Source: Dimorphilus gyrociliatus (taxonomy: Eukaryota > Animalia > Annelida). From it: 64,000 nt of DNA. The notes under the pieces are model-generated. The model was not told the DNA's origin. It ran no database searches and saw only the letters and a list, made by a program, of their open reading frames with translations. Below are positions 35,278 through 49,937 of this stretch, one piece after another (the first letter of the stretch is position 1; the number at the start of each line of letters is the position of its first letter). The position numbers were made by a program, and so were the translations under genes. The stretch is from positions 2,432,496 to 2,496,495 of the forward strand of contig CAJFCJ010000004.1 of NCBI GenBank assembly GCA_904063045.1, given 5' to 3'.

Positions 35278-38200
35278 TGATATAAGTGAAACTCGTGCTT
35301 CTTTTAGCCAAGAATACACTTGGGCCTATAATGCTAAGGGCAACTAATTCCAATATATTTTCCATAAACTTCTTTGCAAATATTTAATGAAAATGGAAGC
35401 AATAGCAAGATCTTAAAATGCCAATAAAACAAATGAGCAGATGCGCCTGGGTTACTAATTTAATCAAATAGGCCTAAGCATCCACATTCTTCTTTCCAAC
35501 CTACTATTTTCAGCTGTCTATATATTGAAGGTTACTTTTCATTGACATAAAAAAAGAGTCTTTACAAAATCCGTACACCATAATACCATTTAGAAGAAAA
35601 ATTTTTTGCAGTTGACCTATTTTTTTCCCACTTACCGTTTGAGAACTGGTCGAGCACAAAAATATCGAAATTCCAATCGTCTATACCGGCAAGAAGGCGC
35701 TACAAATGAGAAACAGGGAATCGATTAATGGTGCTAATTAATTTTTTTTTTTTTTTTGAGGTTCAGTGCAAAGTGTTCGTCATCTTTAATTTCTCCTCCA
35801 AGTGGCTTTCATCCTAACTGAAGGACAAGATGGTTCTTATTTCCTCTTTATATATAAATAATTTTGTTTGCAAGTATCATTTAGTGAATCTTATACAGTC
35901 TATAATCATTTTAAAAGAACTGCTTTAAAGTAAAAATGTATTTATTATAAACATTGAAAACTTTAATTTAACTTGGATTAAATAATTAAAGAAGAATAAA
36001 GACTGATTAGCGTTGTTACAAGAATTTCTTATTTATTTTTAATACTAGTATTCTTCATATCTCCCGTCTCACCTTTCAACTTAAATTGAACAAACAATCT
36101 GTTTAAATATTATCAGGCCTGGTTTGTAGTCGTATTTAATAAGCGTAACATGACCGTAGATGAAAGAGGAAATACTTTCTTTCCTATTAATTTTTACATG
36201 GCGTATTGATGAACAAAGGGCTTTTCTATCTCTCTCTCTCTCCCTTCGTCTCTCCTACACACACATACATATTTACCCTTATAACTATACGAAACAATTA
36301 CTGGAGGCTAGTACAACTTTAAGAGGGCACATCTTACACATACAGCAAAGCTCTATCTATAGACTACGTATTATATGATACAATAATAGCAGCAATGTAC
36401 AGACTATTTTTAAATATACTTATTAGATATACATACATAGAAAATCCTTTAGACAAGCTATACATAGAAATTGAATTGTGTTTACTCTATATATATTTTC
36501 TTTATATTCTATCTCCTCTATATGCGAACAAATTTCTCTAGATAAATATATTCCATACACATGCGTACACAACTAACAACAATGATAACAATCTCAATAA
36601 TAGACTTTACTCTGCCGCATAAAGGCAGAAAGCACCCTAATAGGCGTCTTTTCCTAGAATTTTTCTACTCTAATTTTTCTTACTTTGACCAAGGGACGTG
36701 CATTTTAGTGCCTCGAAGACGTCTCCTGGGATATTTGCACTATATCCAATAATTAGAAGAGTCTAGTTAAATTTCAGATTTTTGCAGTACGGTTTACCCT
36801 AACGCTAAAGATTTGGCGTCCGTTTTAAAGATATATAGATATGTATCAACTATATCCTTTGAAAATATTCAACTTAACCTATTGCAAGTCAAAACATATA
36901 ATAATATTTTATTCAATATCCTTTCTCTTTCTTTCATTTCTCTTTTAACTCTGCCTACTCCTTAATTACAACTGGATTTTCGATCGTATAATTAACTTTT
37001 CAATTTCTTATCCAACTTTTTCTTTTCTCTTTTTACTTCAAGTCTAATGATAAATAAATTTGTCAAAAGCTTAATATTAATCTCAACGTTGATTCTTTCT
37101 TTTCATTGCATTTTCAGTCTCTCTCTCTCTCTCTCTCTTATTCGTCTATCTGTCTGTCTTTGTCTCTCAGTTTTCTCTTTTTTCATTGCAACTTACTTGC
37201 TCCCGTTAATTCCTTTCCTTTTATTTCCCTTTGTATTCTGCTTTTGTATTATCGCTATTCTAATATTCAAATATACTGATCTAGTTTACAGAAAAGGATG
37301 ATTATTGATTTTTTTCCCATTTCCTTTGTACTTCGTATGCCATTTTTAACCCTCGTCGGTTCCGAGTGCCAGTTTCTTCTCAAAATACTTCCCAACAGGT
37401 AGTAGTTGACACTTGATACATTCTCGAATATGTAGACTTTGCTAGCTTATATCCGACTAATAGGTATAAAGCCATTTTTCTTCTTGTACAAAGGTTTCAG
37501 ACAGGCCTCTCTAGTTTTCAGCCTTGAAAGGTCACATCCACATGGTTTAGAAATGATAAAAGTTTTCCATAAAGCAGACAATCGCAAGGGCAAAAGATAA
37601 TTCGATATAGATTCTTTTTCTCACGCTTCTATCCTCCTACGTAGAAACGTTGATACACAGGATGGAAACTTGCTGACAGACAAACAGATACGCACACTTA
37701 TCAACACGCGCGTGAACGTGGTTTATCCTTCCATTTAGCCTTTATCAAATGAGACTTACGCCTTTAAACATAGCCCTACTGCCCTTTAATTAGCGATGAA
37801 AATATCTGATTGGCTTACTTAACACTTTATACAATTAATTGACTGCGCTTCATTTTTTGCAGGTCATGTTAATTGACTGCAGCACTATGTAATCTAAAGA
37901 GATACTTCACTCTTGAAGATGTTTGATGAGAAATCAGTTTGCACTGAACCGGAACCGTAAAAAAATAGAATAAGCTTATTTACTTGAGCTTGTTCAGGAT
38001 AAATTTGATCAATAACCACAGACGAAACCGGCCGTTTCGGAAACCATTTCCGATCGCTTGCAGACCTGCAGAAATTGCACGGTCGGGAGGAGAGAAAATC
38101 TGTAGAGAAAATTAGGCCTAATTATTTTTTGTCGCTTAGCAACGAAAAAAATCCGCTTAACCTTCGCTTATAACGATGGAGATGCGGCGTTCATTTGACA

Positions 38201-38482
38201 AGTCATCTGGAAAAAAATAACGGTTTAGAGCCTTGACCTAGATTTATTCGAGGTAGAATTATAAAGTAAAGTGCTTCAAACCCCATCATAATCCTACTTT
38301 TATATGTATATATATATATATATATATTAGTATACATAAATACTTGATTAACAGTGATAATTACATAAGAATAAATACAGGTCGCCTATCGACAAGTGTA
38401 TATAATCAATATCAGAGTTAACTATATTCAAAGGTTGACCACTCCAAAGGCTAGAAAGATCCGCAATAGTGCCCCTTTTCAT
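32240..38482 (-). CDS. PDE7-like: PDE7-like cyclic nucleotide phosphodiesterase
   Basis: Catalytic motifs NPYHNSTHAADV, HDLDHPGVNQ, LEEHH, ILATD and LKCADIGNPC are present. Exons are 38482-38379 (MKRGTI..YIHLSIGD), 38065-37984 (DQIYPEQAQ), about 35700-35637 (DWNFDIF), about 34466-33818, 33008-32934 and 32859-32240. The phases join. Confidence 0.9.
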
Positions 38483-38544
38483 GACGAGATAATGAAATAT
38501 ACTTTAGCCGGACACGACGTTAAGTTAAATAGGCCTCAAAGCAA

Positions 38545-38552
38545 TGACGTCA
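38545..38552. promoter_or_regulatory. Palindromic CRE (TGACGTCA) just upstream of the PDE7-like start codon
   Basis: Perfect CRE about 60 nt 5' of the ATG at 38482. Confidence 0.35.
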
Positions 38553-40514
38553 ATTCGTTGGCGATTACTGGGGTCGAAAAGGGCGGATAATGAAGATTAA
38601 TTAGAATAGACAACATCAGAGGAGAATAATGAGAGTGTGGAAACTGGTATAAATTTCTTGCTCTTATGAAAAGGAAATGTTTATTGAGTGGTCGTCTCGA
38701 CATTTCTTTCTTTTAATCTAGAATTCTTCAAATGGAGGATTATTTATAAACATTAGCCACTTACAGATATATACAATTTAACATAAGAGCCTCCTCCTTT
38801 GGTGTTTGTTTGGCCAACGAAAAAAGAAAAAAACTTTACATCAAAACTAATAAAAAATTTTTTAAATTAATATATTAATTTTTTCATCTTTAATATCAAT
38901 ATATATAATTTTTTTTCTCCTTTTTCAACCTTCAATTAATTAACCTACGTACACTTTGACGTCTAATAAATAGTTTATTATTTTTTTTTACCTTTAGAGA
39001 GAAACAATAGAAGAAGAGAGATGGGAACAGAGAGATAAAGAGAGAGAGAGAGAGAGATAGACAGATAGATAGATAGACGTAAAGTCGAAAGAGGAGTGAG
39101 AGCGAGAGAAAGAGAGACTGAAAATGCAATGAATAGAAAGAATATGCCTTTCTGCTCGTTCTTTACTCTTTCTCCCTCTCCTCTCTCTCCCAATTTGTCT
39201 CTCTCTACTCTCAACATAAAAAGCAAATCAAGAGAATAAAAACCAACAGATTAGCAATATTTTGGAAGGAAATTATCCGTTAAATAGTTTGAAATAATCG
39301 AAAACATTAAAGTACTCTTAAATAACAGATGTTTGTTAGAAAATATAAAGAAAAGTTAATTTAATATGTTACATAAAAAAAATAAAATATGTCTACTTTA
39401 ATACATATAAATACATATATACATACATACTCTATATATACACACTCTATATTAATATAAAAATTGGTTTAATTTTAATAAAAGCATGCCTTTTATTAAA
39501 ATCTATCCAATACTAATTGGCTTGAAAGACGATTTCGGTGAATCTCCATATTCGATATTTCTTTATTGGAAAATATTTAATCAAATAACAAGAGGGGAGG
39601 ACTTGAAATTATACAACATAAAGATTTTAACCAAGTGGAAAATATAGGTCAAGTAAACCTGATTACATTAAAAACAAAAACATAAAAATCTGGTTATGTA
39701 CTGAAATATAATAGAAAAAAATATCTGCAGTACAAATAATACAATCTGCTAACGTCGATTAGTTACGGGGTCGCCGCAAGGCCGATACAAATTGACACCA
39801 AATGAAGAAATTAATTAGGCCTTTATCGTTAAAAAAGAGAGCGAGATTGATAGAAATTCAGAAGCTTCGACTGAAGAGCTCTATGGATAACACAGTTCTT
39901 TCGCTAGTATTTTTTTTTCCACTATAAATCCTGAATATAGTAGAAATAACCACTTCATTCAACATCCATATAACGCATCCGTGCATGAATATGTAAAATA
40001 TAACCATTCATAAATATACCTAAAAACCTAATATATCCACATACGAATATAGATTCTTAAATGCGGACGCAATCACACACACGCACACATACATACACAT
40101 ACATTCACGTTCAGCCATACGCCTCCAGAGCAACGTATATTTGTACTTGTATAAATCTATATGCTTTCAATCTTACAACTAACTCTGTTATCTTGAATAG
40201 TCAAATCCTTTCATTGTATTCCTGTATTTCTGGGCAATTTTCTTCTATTCGAACAGAATTCCGTAAATAAAAGGCTCTTTTTATACAACTAGGCCTTCTA
40301 ACGTTTTAATTCGACTATCCAATGTAACGATAAAAATAAGAGTAGACGGAAAAAACAAGACATAGTATGTATATATATAAAAAAAAATGCTGATGAGTAG
40401 GTTCTCTACTAGATGAGAGAAACAACTCGTATTGTTATATATACATATTTGCTATCTCGCTCTCTGTGTCGTTTACTCTCTTTTCCTTTCTCTTTTCTTT
40501 CTCTCTCTCTCTCT

Positions 40515-40556
<42 letters not shown>

Positions 40557-43500
40557 CTGTCCCTGTCTATATATCTCTCTCTCTTCATTTCTCTCTCTCT
40601 CTCTCTCACTCACTCACTTACTCACCAACCCACTCTCCCCTTTCTCTCTCTCTCTCACTTCAAGTATAAATATATATGTATAAATCTTACTATTTCTGTT
40701 TTCCTTTATATCAATTTTTTTATCCTTTCTCTCTTTTCGTTGCATTTTTTATATAGACGTTAGGCTTTCTGACTTTTGTGAAATATGCTTGACTATTAAT
40801 TATGATAGTAATAATAATAATAGTAATAATAATAATGATAATAATAATAAATGATAAAAGTAAAAGGTATAATACAAAGGGAAAAAATCGCAAAAAAAAA
40901 TAATTCCACAGGCGTCAAAAGAATATGAAAAGCCGGTTAAGAACTGTTGAAAAATAAAGGTCAAGGTCATATCTTTGATCAATGATCGGATCGAATAGGA
41001 TTTAGGCATTTTTTTCAATTCATTCACTATCACCCTTGCCGTCAGTCAACAACATTGTTTACATTTAATAAACTTACCTAAAATTTTCTGACAAACAGAA
41101 CTCCTACTTCCATTGCGTTTCTACGATAGAGAACGAATTTTGTCTCAATTATAAATTGATTAAATTGCATAAAATAACGTATAACACAAACCGTTGTACA
41201 ACAAGAGCAAGTATTTCGCATCTGTCCCAGACATGCTCCCATATCTTCCTGATATTTATCGGTCTTTAGTTTTTTTCAACTACGCTAGTAGCATTCTGCA
41301 ATCGATAATGGCTTCTGTCTCTCTTTGGGCATTGATTTTATACTATGAACGCCACCTAGCGGTCGGTGTCATTGAAAGGTCACGACTGCCTATTGCGGTT
41401 CGAATCTGGTTCAGTTTCTTTTTTCAGTTTATAGTATTTCATTACTAGCTTTTAGGCCTAATTGTTTGCTTGACTTTAGAAGAATAGCAAAAAAGGTGAA
41501 GGCAACTGGATGAAATTTTATCAGAATTACATAAAATTTACCTATCACTTTATCTTAAATAATAAAGTTCTTGAGTAAATTTCATAAAAACTGAAGTAAA
41601 TAATCAAAAAAAAGAGAAATTGAGAGAAAAATAGGAAAGAAAAACTTTTTTCCAATAGTTTTTCTAGTCAAACTTGTATCTATTGTATTGTAAACAATCA
41701 ATATATTATTAATTATTTAGAGTTGACTATTTCATCTTCCACAGCAACTAGGTTTTCACATGGTAAAGACACATTTTTAGATTACTTAGTCTAACTTTTT
41801 ATAATACAGTCCTACTTAGGATATTGCTTACAAATTGTACTTTCGATAAAAGCAAGCTCTAATGAGCATAAGATAGTAGAAGCGATAGGTGCTGTCTCTT
41901 CGAGTGTAAATCCTCAAACAAACCGCTCTGCGGTTTTATCCTAATGATTCTTTCCAGGTCAGGTCTCTTATGAAAAACATAACGCACTAAACAAATAGGA
42001 TTGGAGTACAAAATCAAAAGGATACATAGAGTATGTAGTGTGCATTTGTAGAAATATAAAGATATTCGTACAAGATTCATTATAATCTATATTTGCATCT
42101 GTTATATTTTTAAATCATCATCATCTCCTTTTTCTTCTTCTTCTTCTTCTTCTTCTTCTCCTTTTCTTTTTTATCACGAAGAAAGAGTGTGCAACTGAGA
42201 AGTGTTAAAAGAAGCTGATGGGAGGAAAGAGTAGAATAAAGAAAAGATGAAACTGTACTTCATTGATCTACAAAATTCCATCCAGGAATCTCCATCCCGA
42301 AAGAGGGAGGAAGGAAGAAAGGAGCATATTCATAAATTTCTACCAGTTAATTACTTGTTTATCTTTTAGTTTCATTCAAAAATTTCGGACCAACTAAAAG
42401 TTAATATAACGTTAATTATCAACAGTCCAACTGATGGGAATTCTTTAATGCATTCCAATAAATTTTATTGTCAATTTTCTCATACTTCGTCCATTTTTCA
42501 TAAGTTTTAGGCCGAATCCAGGCAAATTAACAAGAAATTAACCATGTGACAACAACAATACGATTAATAATTCAAATTGAATAAGTAAAATAAAGAAAAA
42601 AAATCACGTGATTTAAAAAAAATGTATTATAGCTTCACGCCTTGACGTCGTCTATTAACCATGCTGTGGGAATGTCTATAATATACAGTATAATAGTTTT
42701 TGTTAGCAAGATTAATCCCCGAAATTGATACGTTCATTGTAAAAGAATAATAATATTTATTATATATTTTTGATATATATTTCGCCTTTGGCGTAAGGTA
42801 TTTATTCGCTTGAACTATTCAAGCAAGGATAATACGGCCAACTGATAATCTATCAACCCCTCCACCCCCTCAAAGTTCCATTATGATTACTAATATTAAT
42901 ATTTCTATTTTATTCAATTTTATTTTTTATTAATTCCTTCTCCGTAATTAATATTCTTGAATATCTTTCGAGAATGATCTGTCTGTCTGTCTGTCTGTCT
43001 CTCTTTCTCTCTCTCTCTCTCTCCCTCTCCCTCTCCCTCTCCCTCTCTCTCTCTCTCCTTTTCAAATGATTTGCCTAACCGCCAATAATAATTATCGATT
43101 TATCGAATCCTTCTCTTTCATTCCATATGAATAATTTGAATTAAAAAGAAAAGGGAGAGGAAAAATGAAATTAAAGTGTAAAAAAGGTTTCTTTTTTATT
43201 TTACAAAACTTCTGTCCTCTGAGGAGGTTGTATATGTCCGTGGAAAAGTAAAACGCTTTCCGGTTCTTAGCATCATGGAACAATACGAGGACAAATTGAT
43301 TATTCAAAAGAATAAGATAAAGCATCTTAAGAAAAAAGTTTTGTTTGTTAATACGTCTCTATTCGTCTGAGGAGAATAGGTAAGGAAGGAGAAGAGAGGG
43401 GAGAAGATAAGGTAGGAGGAGATGGAGGAAAAGAAAGAAAGAAAGAAAGAAAGAAAGAGTGAGAGAACCATTGCTCGGCTATGATACTTTTCAGATGTAT

Positions 43501-44232
43501 TACATAGTATGCATTCGTCTGTCATGTATTGATTCATCATTCATTTCAAATGGTTGAGTTGCCTTTCTTTAGAAGATTTTCTAATTTATACCGATATATT
43601 GATAGTTTCGTGCAGGTACAAGATGCTTCATCAACAATTTAAACATCTTTTCATCTAAAGTATATTTATATATTTATCGAGTACATGATATGTTTGGTTA
43701 TACCCAGATGGAGCCACAATCTCGACATATTCCTATAAAAGATTCTCTTTACTATCTTTCAATAATTTCTTTAGCTCTCTAAAGATTCCGACAGAAAGCA
43801 ACAATTGTGCATCATTGGAAGAAATGCGACTGGTATAAATAGGCCTAAAAAATTGCTGCATAAGCGGTTTTTTTCGTAATCGATCCGCCGATCGTTTATC
43901 CACGTCAGAAGCGATTTAGCAGATTAGCCGCAAAGCTTTAGATGAAAACAAACATTCAGTTATGTATGATAAGTAAGAATATATTATTAGAAATTCATAA
44001 TTGATATTTTTCCAAGAATTTTAAATATGAAATTATTTAAATAAAAATGATAGAAACTATAAAGAAAAGAATAATACTGCTTTTCAAACAAATTTCAAAC
44101 TGACTGTAATAAAAGATTTTCAATCTGTTCAAACTTTTACTCATCTATCACTAGAAGAATTATCTGTCTATCTGTCTATATATACATCTATTACACAGTG
44201 AAAGAAGAAAGCAACACAGCCTCATTTCGTTC

Positions 44233-44264
<32 letters not shown>

Positions 44265-45030
44265 ACTTTAATTTTCAAACTATTCCTTCAATTTATATAT
44301 TAAACATATGCATTTTCTACGTAATATATACTTATATGTACATAAAAATTTCAGGCCAACTACTCTATTCCACTTTTCTTTTTTCCTTTCCTAGCCTCTC
44401 AGTTTATTTATTTAAGGAATAAAGTGAGCATTTATTCGGGGAAGAGCTCTCCCCGTCTGTCTCAAACTCATTTTGGCAGTTTAATCTACGTCTAGGAGAA
44501 TGAACCAAGTAGTATTTCAGTAAAGGGGCCCGTTACACTGTTACTCGATAGTTGTAGCTAACAAAAGGTCAGATCAGAGCTGCTAAAAATACTAAGTTAA
44601 TGCAACCGTTTCGCCGCAAATGAATTCAATTTTATTTTCATTATTTCAATTTTTAACCTTTTAGTCAGCTGAAATTTTCTCAACGCATTTAATATTCTAA
44701 AAAAAAATGCAGTATATTCTCTACTTTTTGCAGTTTTCAGGAAAATAAAAACTGCAAAAAGAAAAATACAAATGCAACACTTTATCATTTTTAATAAAAA
44801 AAACAGGCTTCTCATATACATATTGACTCTTTTTAATTGTACTCTGTAAAAATCTTATAATTTGACATTTTAAAATAAAATTCTATTTACCTAAACAACA
44901 AAATTGTACAGTTTTTTCATTTTATTTTAATCACAAAAGACTACGTTGACCATATAACTTTTCTGTTATCTTAAACCAATGAAACAACCTATATGTCTTC
45001 ACTCTTATCATTTTGCAAGTTTACATATGC

Positions 45031-45075
<45 letters not shown>

Positions 45076-46005
45076 AGGGAAGGAGGGAAGGAGGTAGGAA
45101 ATGAGTGAATGAGAGATAGATAGGATAGGATAGATAGGCAAAAAAAATAGTATAGGTTAAATATTTTTTGTTGGAAAAAAAAAAAAAGTTCAATAATACC
45201 ATATTATAAAATATTCGATATTTATGAAAATTTAAAGGTGAATTAGCACTAGAATAGTAATAGAAAATAGAAACGAACAATATAGTTTAATTTAGAGTAC
45301 ATCTAAAAAAAAAAATACTAAATGTAAAATAAAAGGAAGATAAGAGGAAGAGAAATAGAAGAAAAAGATTTGTCTATTTATGAATTAAAAAAAGAATACA
45401 ACAAAGATAGAATTCTCTTTGTATTTAACTCGTGTACAGATATACAATATATATATATATTTATATAAACTATATGTGCTTGGGGTTACGTTAGTACGTC
45501 TTTCTGTTGCTTTTTCTTTTGCATGCTTACTACATGTACTTAAACATAACTTTATATTTATATATTAGGAAAAAGGCTGTGTTAATTTGGTATCTTTATT
45601 CATTCACTCCATTTCCCTTGTGTATTAGCATATGAATTAAAAAGTAAAAGGCGATCTCTATATGAATAAGTCAAGATTCTAAATTAGGAAGAGAGAGAGT
45701 AAAACCTATGTGCATAAAAAAAGAAAAAAAGGTATTGGGAGAAAGAAAATAACTATGCACCTATTCTTGGTTGTTTGTGCGTGCATTCTCCGTACGGAGC
45801 CTTCGGCAAAAATTACGGCGAAAGAGGAACGGTATAGGGAGATACAATCGGCCGGCCAAGATCGAAGAATAGAAAAGAATAGCTGTCATCAGATCCAATA
45901 ATCGCGAGGTCTTTCACCGTATTTGCTGATTATAACCGCTTCATTAAACGTTCGATAAGCTTCAATTACGGATGTGCATATGCTTACGTCACATGACCAT
46001 CAAAA

Positions 46006-46013
46006 TGACGTCA
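46006..46013. promoter_or_regulatory. Palindromic CRE in a CpG-richer patch upstream of Kv2
   Basis: TGACGTCA, with a TTACGTCA half-site at about 45984. Confidence 0.25.
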
Positions 46014-48478
46014 TCTATCTATCTACCACTAGATGCCACTTTAGCAGTGCAAGATCCTACCCGTCATCTTTCCTGAGAAAAGGTTTGTGAATTTTTATAA
46101 AAGACAATTAAGATTATTAATAATGAATAATAAAGTTGAATAGTAAATAAAATTGTTTTATTTAAAAGTAGAAAGTAATTATTAAATTTGGACTAACAGA
46201 TAACAAATTTTGCAGCTGCCTCTGTCGCGCTGTACACCGACACAACATTTTTATTGATTTCTGCAGCGCTGTCTATATATGAAAGTACTGGAATTTGCTG
46301 ATCTATCTATTCTAGCATGCAAGTAAAAGGAGTAAAGTGAACGTCCATAATTAGTAAAAAAGGTAAGCGCAATAAATTCGACTTAAAACAGGTAATCGGT
46401 GATCTGAAAACGGATAAATTATTTGCCTTAAAAAAAGATTTTCATTAAACCTATGCAATGTAAATTACAGTAGATTGGAGAAAGGTTTCAGAAAAGAGGT
46501 ATAGATTACTATAATTGTATAGTCGTGGTACATGATTAATGCCGATTCTAAAAATGAATCGAATTCTCTAAATAGCCCCTTAAGATGACTCAAAACCGGT
46601 AATGGAGTTTTTCTCTCTCTCTTTCTCTTTTTTCCTCTTTCTCTACACTCCTCCTCTTTTAACCATTTTATCAGTCAAAGCAGAAAAGTAATTCTTAACA
46701 GGAAGTTATTGATCAATTACATATCGTAGTATTTAATTCATTTTTCGTTTGATGAATGTCATTTATGCAACTAGCAAACGTTACTGAGTAGTTTACTGAA
46801 AGATCTATGTATGTACTCTATATAATCATAAAAAGTCTAAATTATCTCATTTTTAATTCTAGTTTTTAACAATCTATAATAAAGAAAAAAAAAATCAATT
46901 TTTTAATACTTTCATACATATGAATTTTTTATTGAAAAATGAACACTCAATGAGAAATAAGAATGAATTCTCTCTCTCTCTCTCTCTCTCTCCCATTGAA
47001 GATATATATTAAAAGATATATTTGAATCCTTCTTATTTATTTATTTTCATTTAATTATTAAAAATTTACTGGACAAAAAAAGAGAAAGAAAAAAAAATAA
47101 CACCGATTTTTTACCGGTACAGCTTTTCTTTAATCAATTATTCTTTATCACCAAACAAATACTATATGTATACTGCTTATACGTAAATTACGATTTAGAA
47201 TTGCAGTATAATCTGTTAGGTTACAGTTGTATAGGTAAAAAAAATGTAACTTTAAAGGTATATGATTGTAATTATTGAGCATTTTTTGGTTATATATATA
47301 TATATTCTCTCTCTCCTACTGCCCTTTTATGTAATATCATAAAACTTAATTATTTTCTATGTTGAGTTAATAATAAATGAAATTCGATTGAAAAGCAAGA
47401 GTGACCCTTTTTTGATGAGAAATTCTATAAATATAGACTCCTTTTTACGTAGATGGCCACTATTTTTATATCTCTATTGATGTATGAAATTAATGTTGTA
47501 TAAAAATAGATAAATAAATAAATATACTTAGTATAGACTCTTTAAACAGTAACCATACTCTTTAAATACTGACAATTATATACACATATATGTATACACT
47601 ATATATATATCTATAAATATATACATATATATTTGATGTGTACAACAGAAATAGTATTCTATTAGTATAAATAAACAAATAAATAAATTGTCTATTCAAT
47701 TTATGTATTAACAAGTATTATTCAGTAAGAGAAATGACGTAACTGGAAATAATCAACGTTGTGTGACTGAAACAACGCAAGTGGGACTCGAAATGGCAAT
47801 GTGATATATTATGTCGAAGCGTGATCTGAATAAATCTGTAGGCATAGGAGAACCAAGTCAGGAGGAGAGGTTAAATAGATGAAGAAGGAACGTCTCCTCT
47901 CTTCTACCGACAAATTGTAAAAATTGATATTATTCATGCATCGTTGAAATAAGTTTAATGAATCATAGAAAGTAGCTTAAATTTCATTCGAACCGACCTT
48001 TTATATCATTTGCATAAGTTTAAAAAAGAAAATACACACCAAAATTTTTTTATTAAACTAAATAGAAAGAGAAGAATGAAAACAAATAAACAAATACGTT
48101 TATTGAAATATGAATATTTCTTTTTTTTTCTATTTCATATATTATTAGTAAAAAATCACCTAATTACCTGGATTTTGTTGCTGATTGTTATATATATATA
48201 TATATATATATATATACTGTATATATTGTTTTTCGCTTATTTACATGGTTTGATTCTTGTATTATTTATCCCTGATTTTTTGTATGTTATAGATAACCCC
48301 CTTTCCGCAGTAACCATCCTAACCATCCCATCTCTCCCACTCCGTCCCCTACCTTCCTAAACAGACAAACTGACAAACAAACTAACTAACTAAATAAATA
48401 AATAAATAAATAAAGCCTATCAATACTTGTAAAACCAAACAACTAATCAATCAATCAATCACACATTGCCAAACCAAA

Positions 48479-49656
48479 ATGTTCTACCACAGTTCAACCA
48501 GCGCAGCTTTGTCTCGCGACGATTATAGAAGAACTTTTCCGAAACAAGACTCTACCAATTCAAGAGATTCATACCAGACTCCACAAGATGTCGCTTATAT
48601 GGTGAAAAAGATTCGAGCGGAAAAAAAATCGACAGATGGCATAAAAGAGCCATTACCAAGAGCCAAAGTGAGCGGCGGCAGCCGGGAGATAAATTTCAAC
48701 GATATGACAAGCGAAACAGAGGGAGGGGAGAGACCTCTTATCTACTACCCTACTCTTTCAACTCCTCTACCGGATCCGTATACAATCTTAAGAGCTAAAC
48801 AACTCAATAAAAGGGTCATAGTGAACGTTGGAGGGGTGAAACACGAAATGTTATGGAAAACTCTCGATCGTATGCCGCACACTCGTCTCGGTAGATTAAA
48901 GTATGCTAATACTCACGATGCAATAATGGAATTGTGCGACGATTACAGTATTGTGGATATGGAATTTTTCTTTGACAGACACCCCAGGAGTTTTGCCTCT
49001 ATTGTCAATTTCTATAGGACTGGTAAACTACATTTAGTTGATGACATCTGCGTACTAAGCTTCAGGTTAGTGATACTTGCCAGTATTCTTCTTATCTTTT
49101 TTACGATACCCGCAAAAAAACGCCGACATTGTATAAGGTCAACAGTAAAGTATACTTTATCTACGATAACTTTGTATACTCTTTAAACTTAGTAAGTTAC
49201 AAATGAAATTGTACCCTATGACTTAACTACAACGTGTACAAGACACGTTTACGAGTATAAGCTCAGTTAGAAGTTTGCGAGTAGAAGTATAGGTGCAACG
49301 CATACAGATATAACAGACACTCACTGACACACATATGCATATTTCGTTAAATTTATGTAATATTTAGCTATTTAACGTCATAGTTTTATATATAAATTGC
49401 TCCACACTGCAATTGATTTACTAGTATATATATACACAACAAACTTCTCTAAAACATGATAATTATAGCCTATAACTTTTTGTTCAAGGTAAGTATTTCT
49501 CTAGTAAAAAGAATCAATGAAGTTTTACAGCTGTAAATGTTAAAAAAAAAAAAAAAAGAACAAAAATTCCATCAAAAACTTATTTTGTTTGTTTGATTCG
49601 AGAAATGGTGTTTTTTTTTTTTTTTTTTTTAAAAAAAAGTGAGAAAGAAAAGAATT

Positions 49657-49704
<48 letters not shown>

Positions 49705-49903
49705 AAAGTGGAATTATTTTTCAAGTCTCGAATACTATAAACATTAATTAATCGATGACATGTATGACATAAACATATGCTTTTCGTATCTGATTTGTAC
49801 ATTGATTGTTAAGCTTGAAGAAGAAAAACAGCAAAAAAAAAAAAACACTTAAGAGTTTTTATTAAGTTAAAAGAATGATAAAGAAGGAAAGCTGTCTCTT
49901 AAT

Positions 49904-49937
<34 letters not shown>

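Noticed and set aside
36676-36730. Exon-like segment (CKYPRRRLRGTK..) inside a PDE7 intron
   Set aside because: Its phase does not fit the flanking exons, and 37984 joins the 35700 exon cleanly without it.
40413-40763. Track ORFs rich in SLSLSL or YIYIYI, here and at many other positions
   Set aside because: These are translations of (CT)n and (TA)n microsatellites, not genes.
41345-41415. GGTTCGAATC B-box-like sequence suggesting a tRNA or SINE
   Set aside because: No acceptor stem pairing, a broken T-stem and an imperfect A box, so it cannot be folded as a tRNA.
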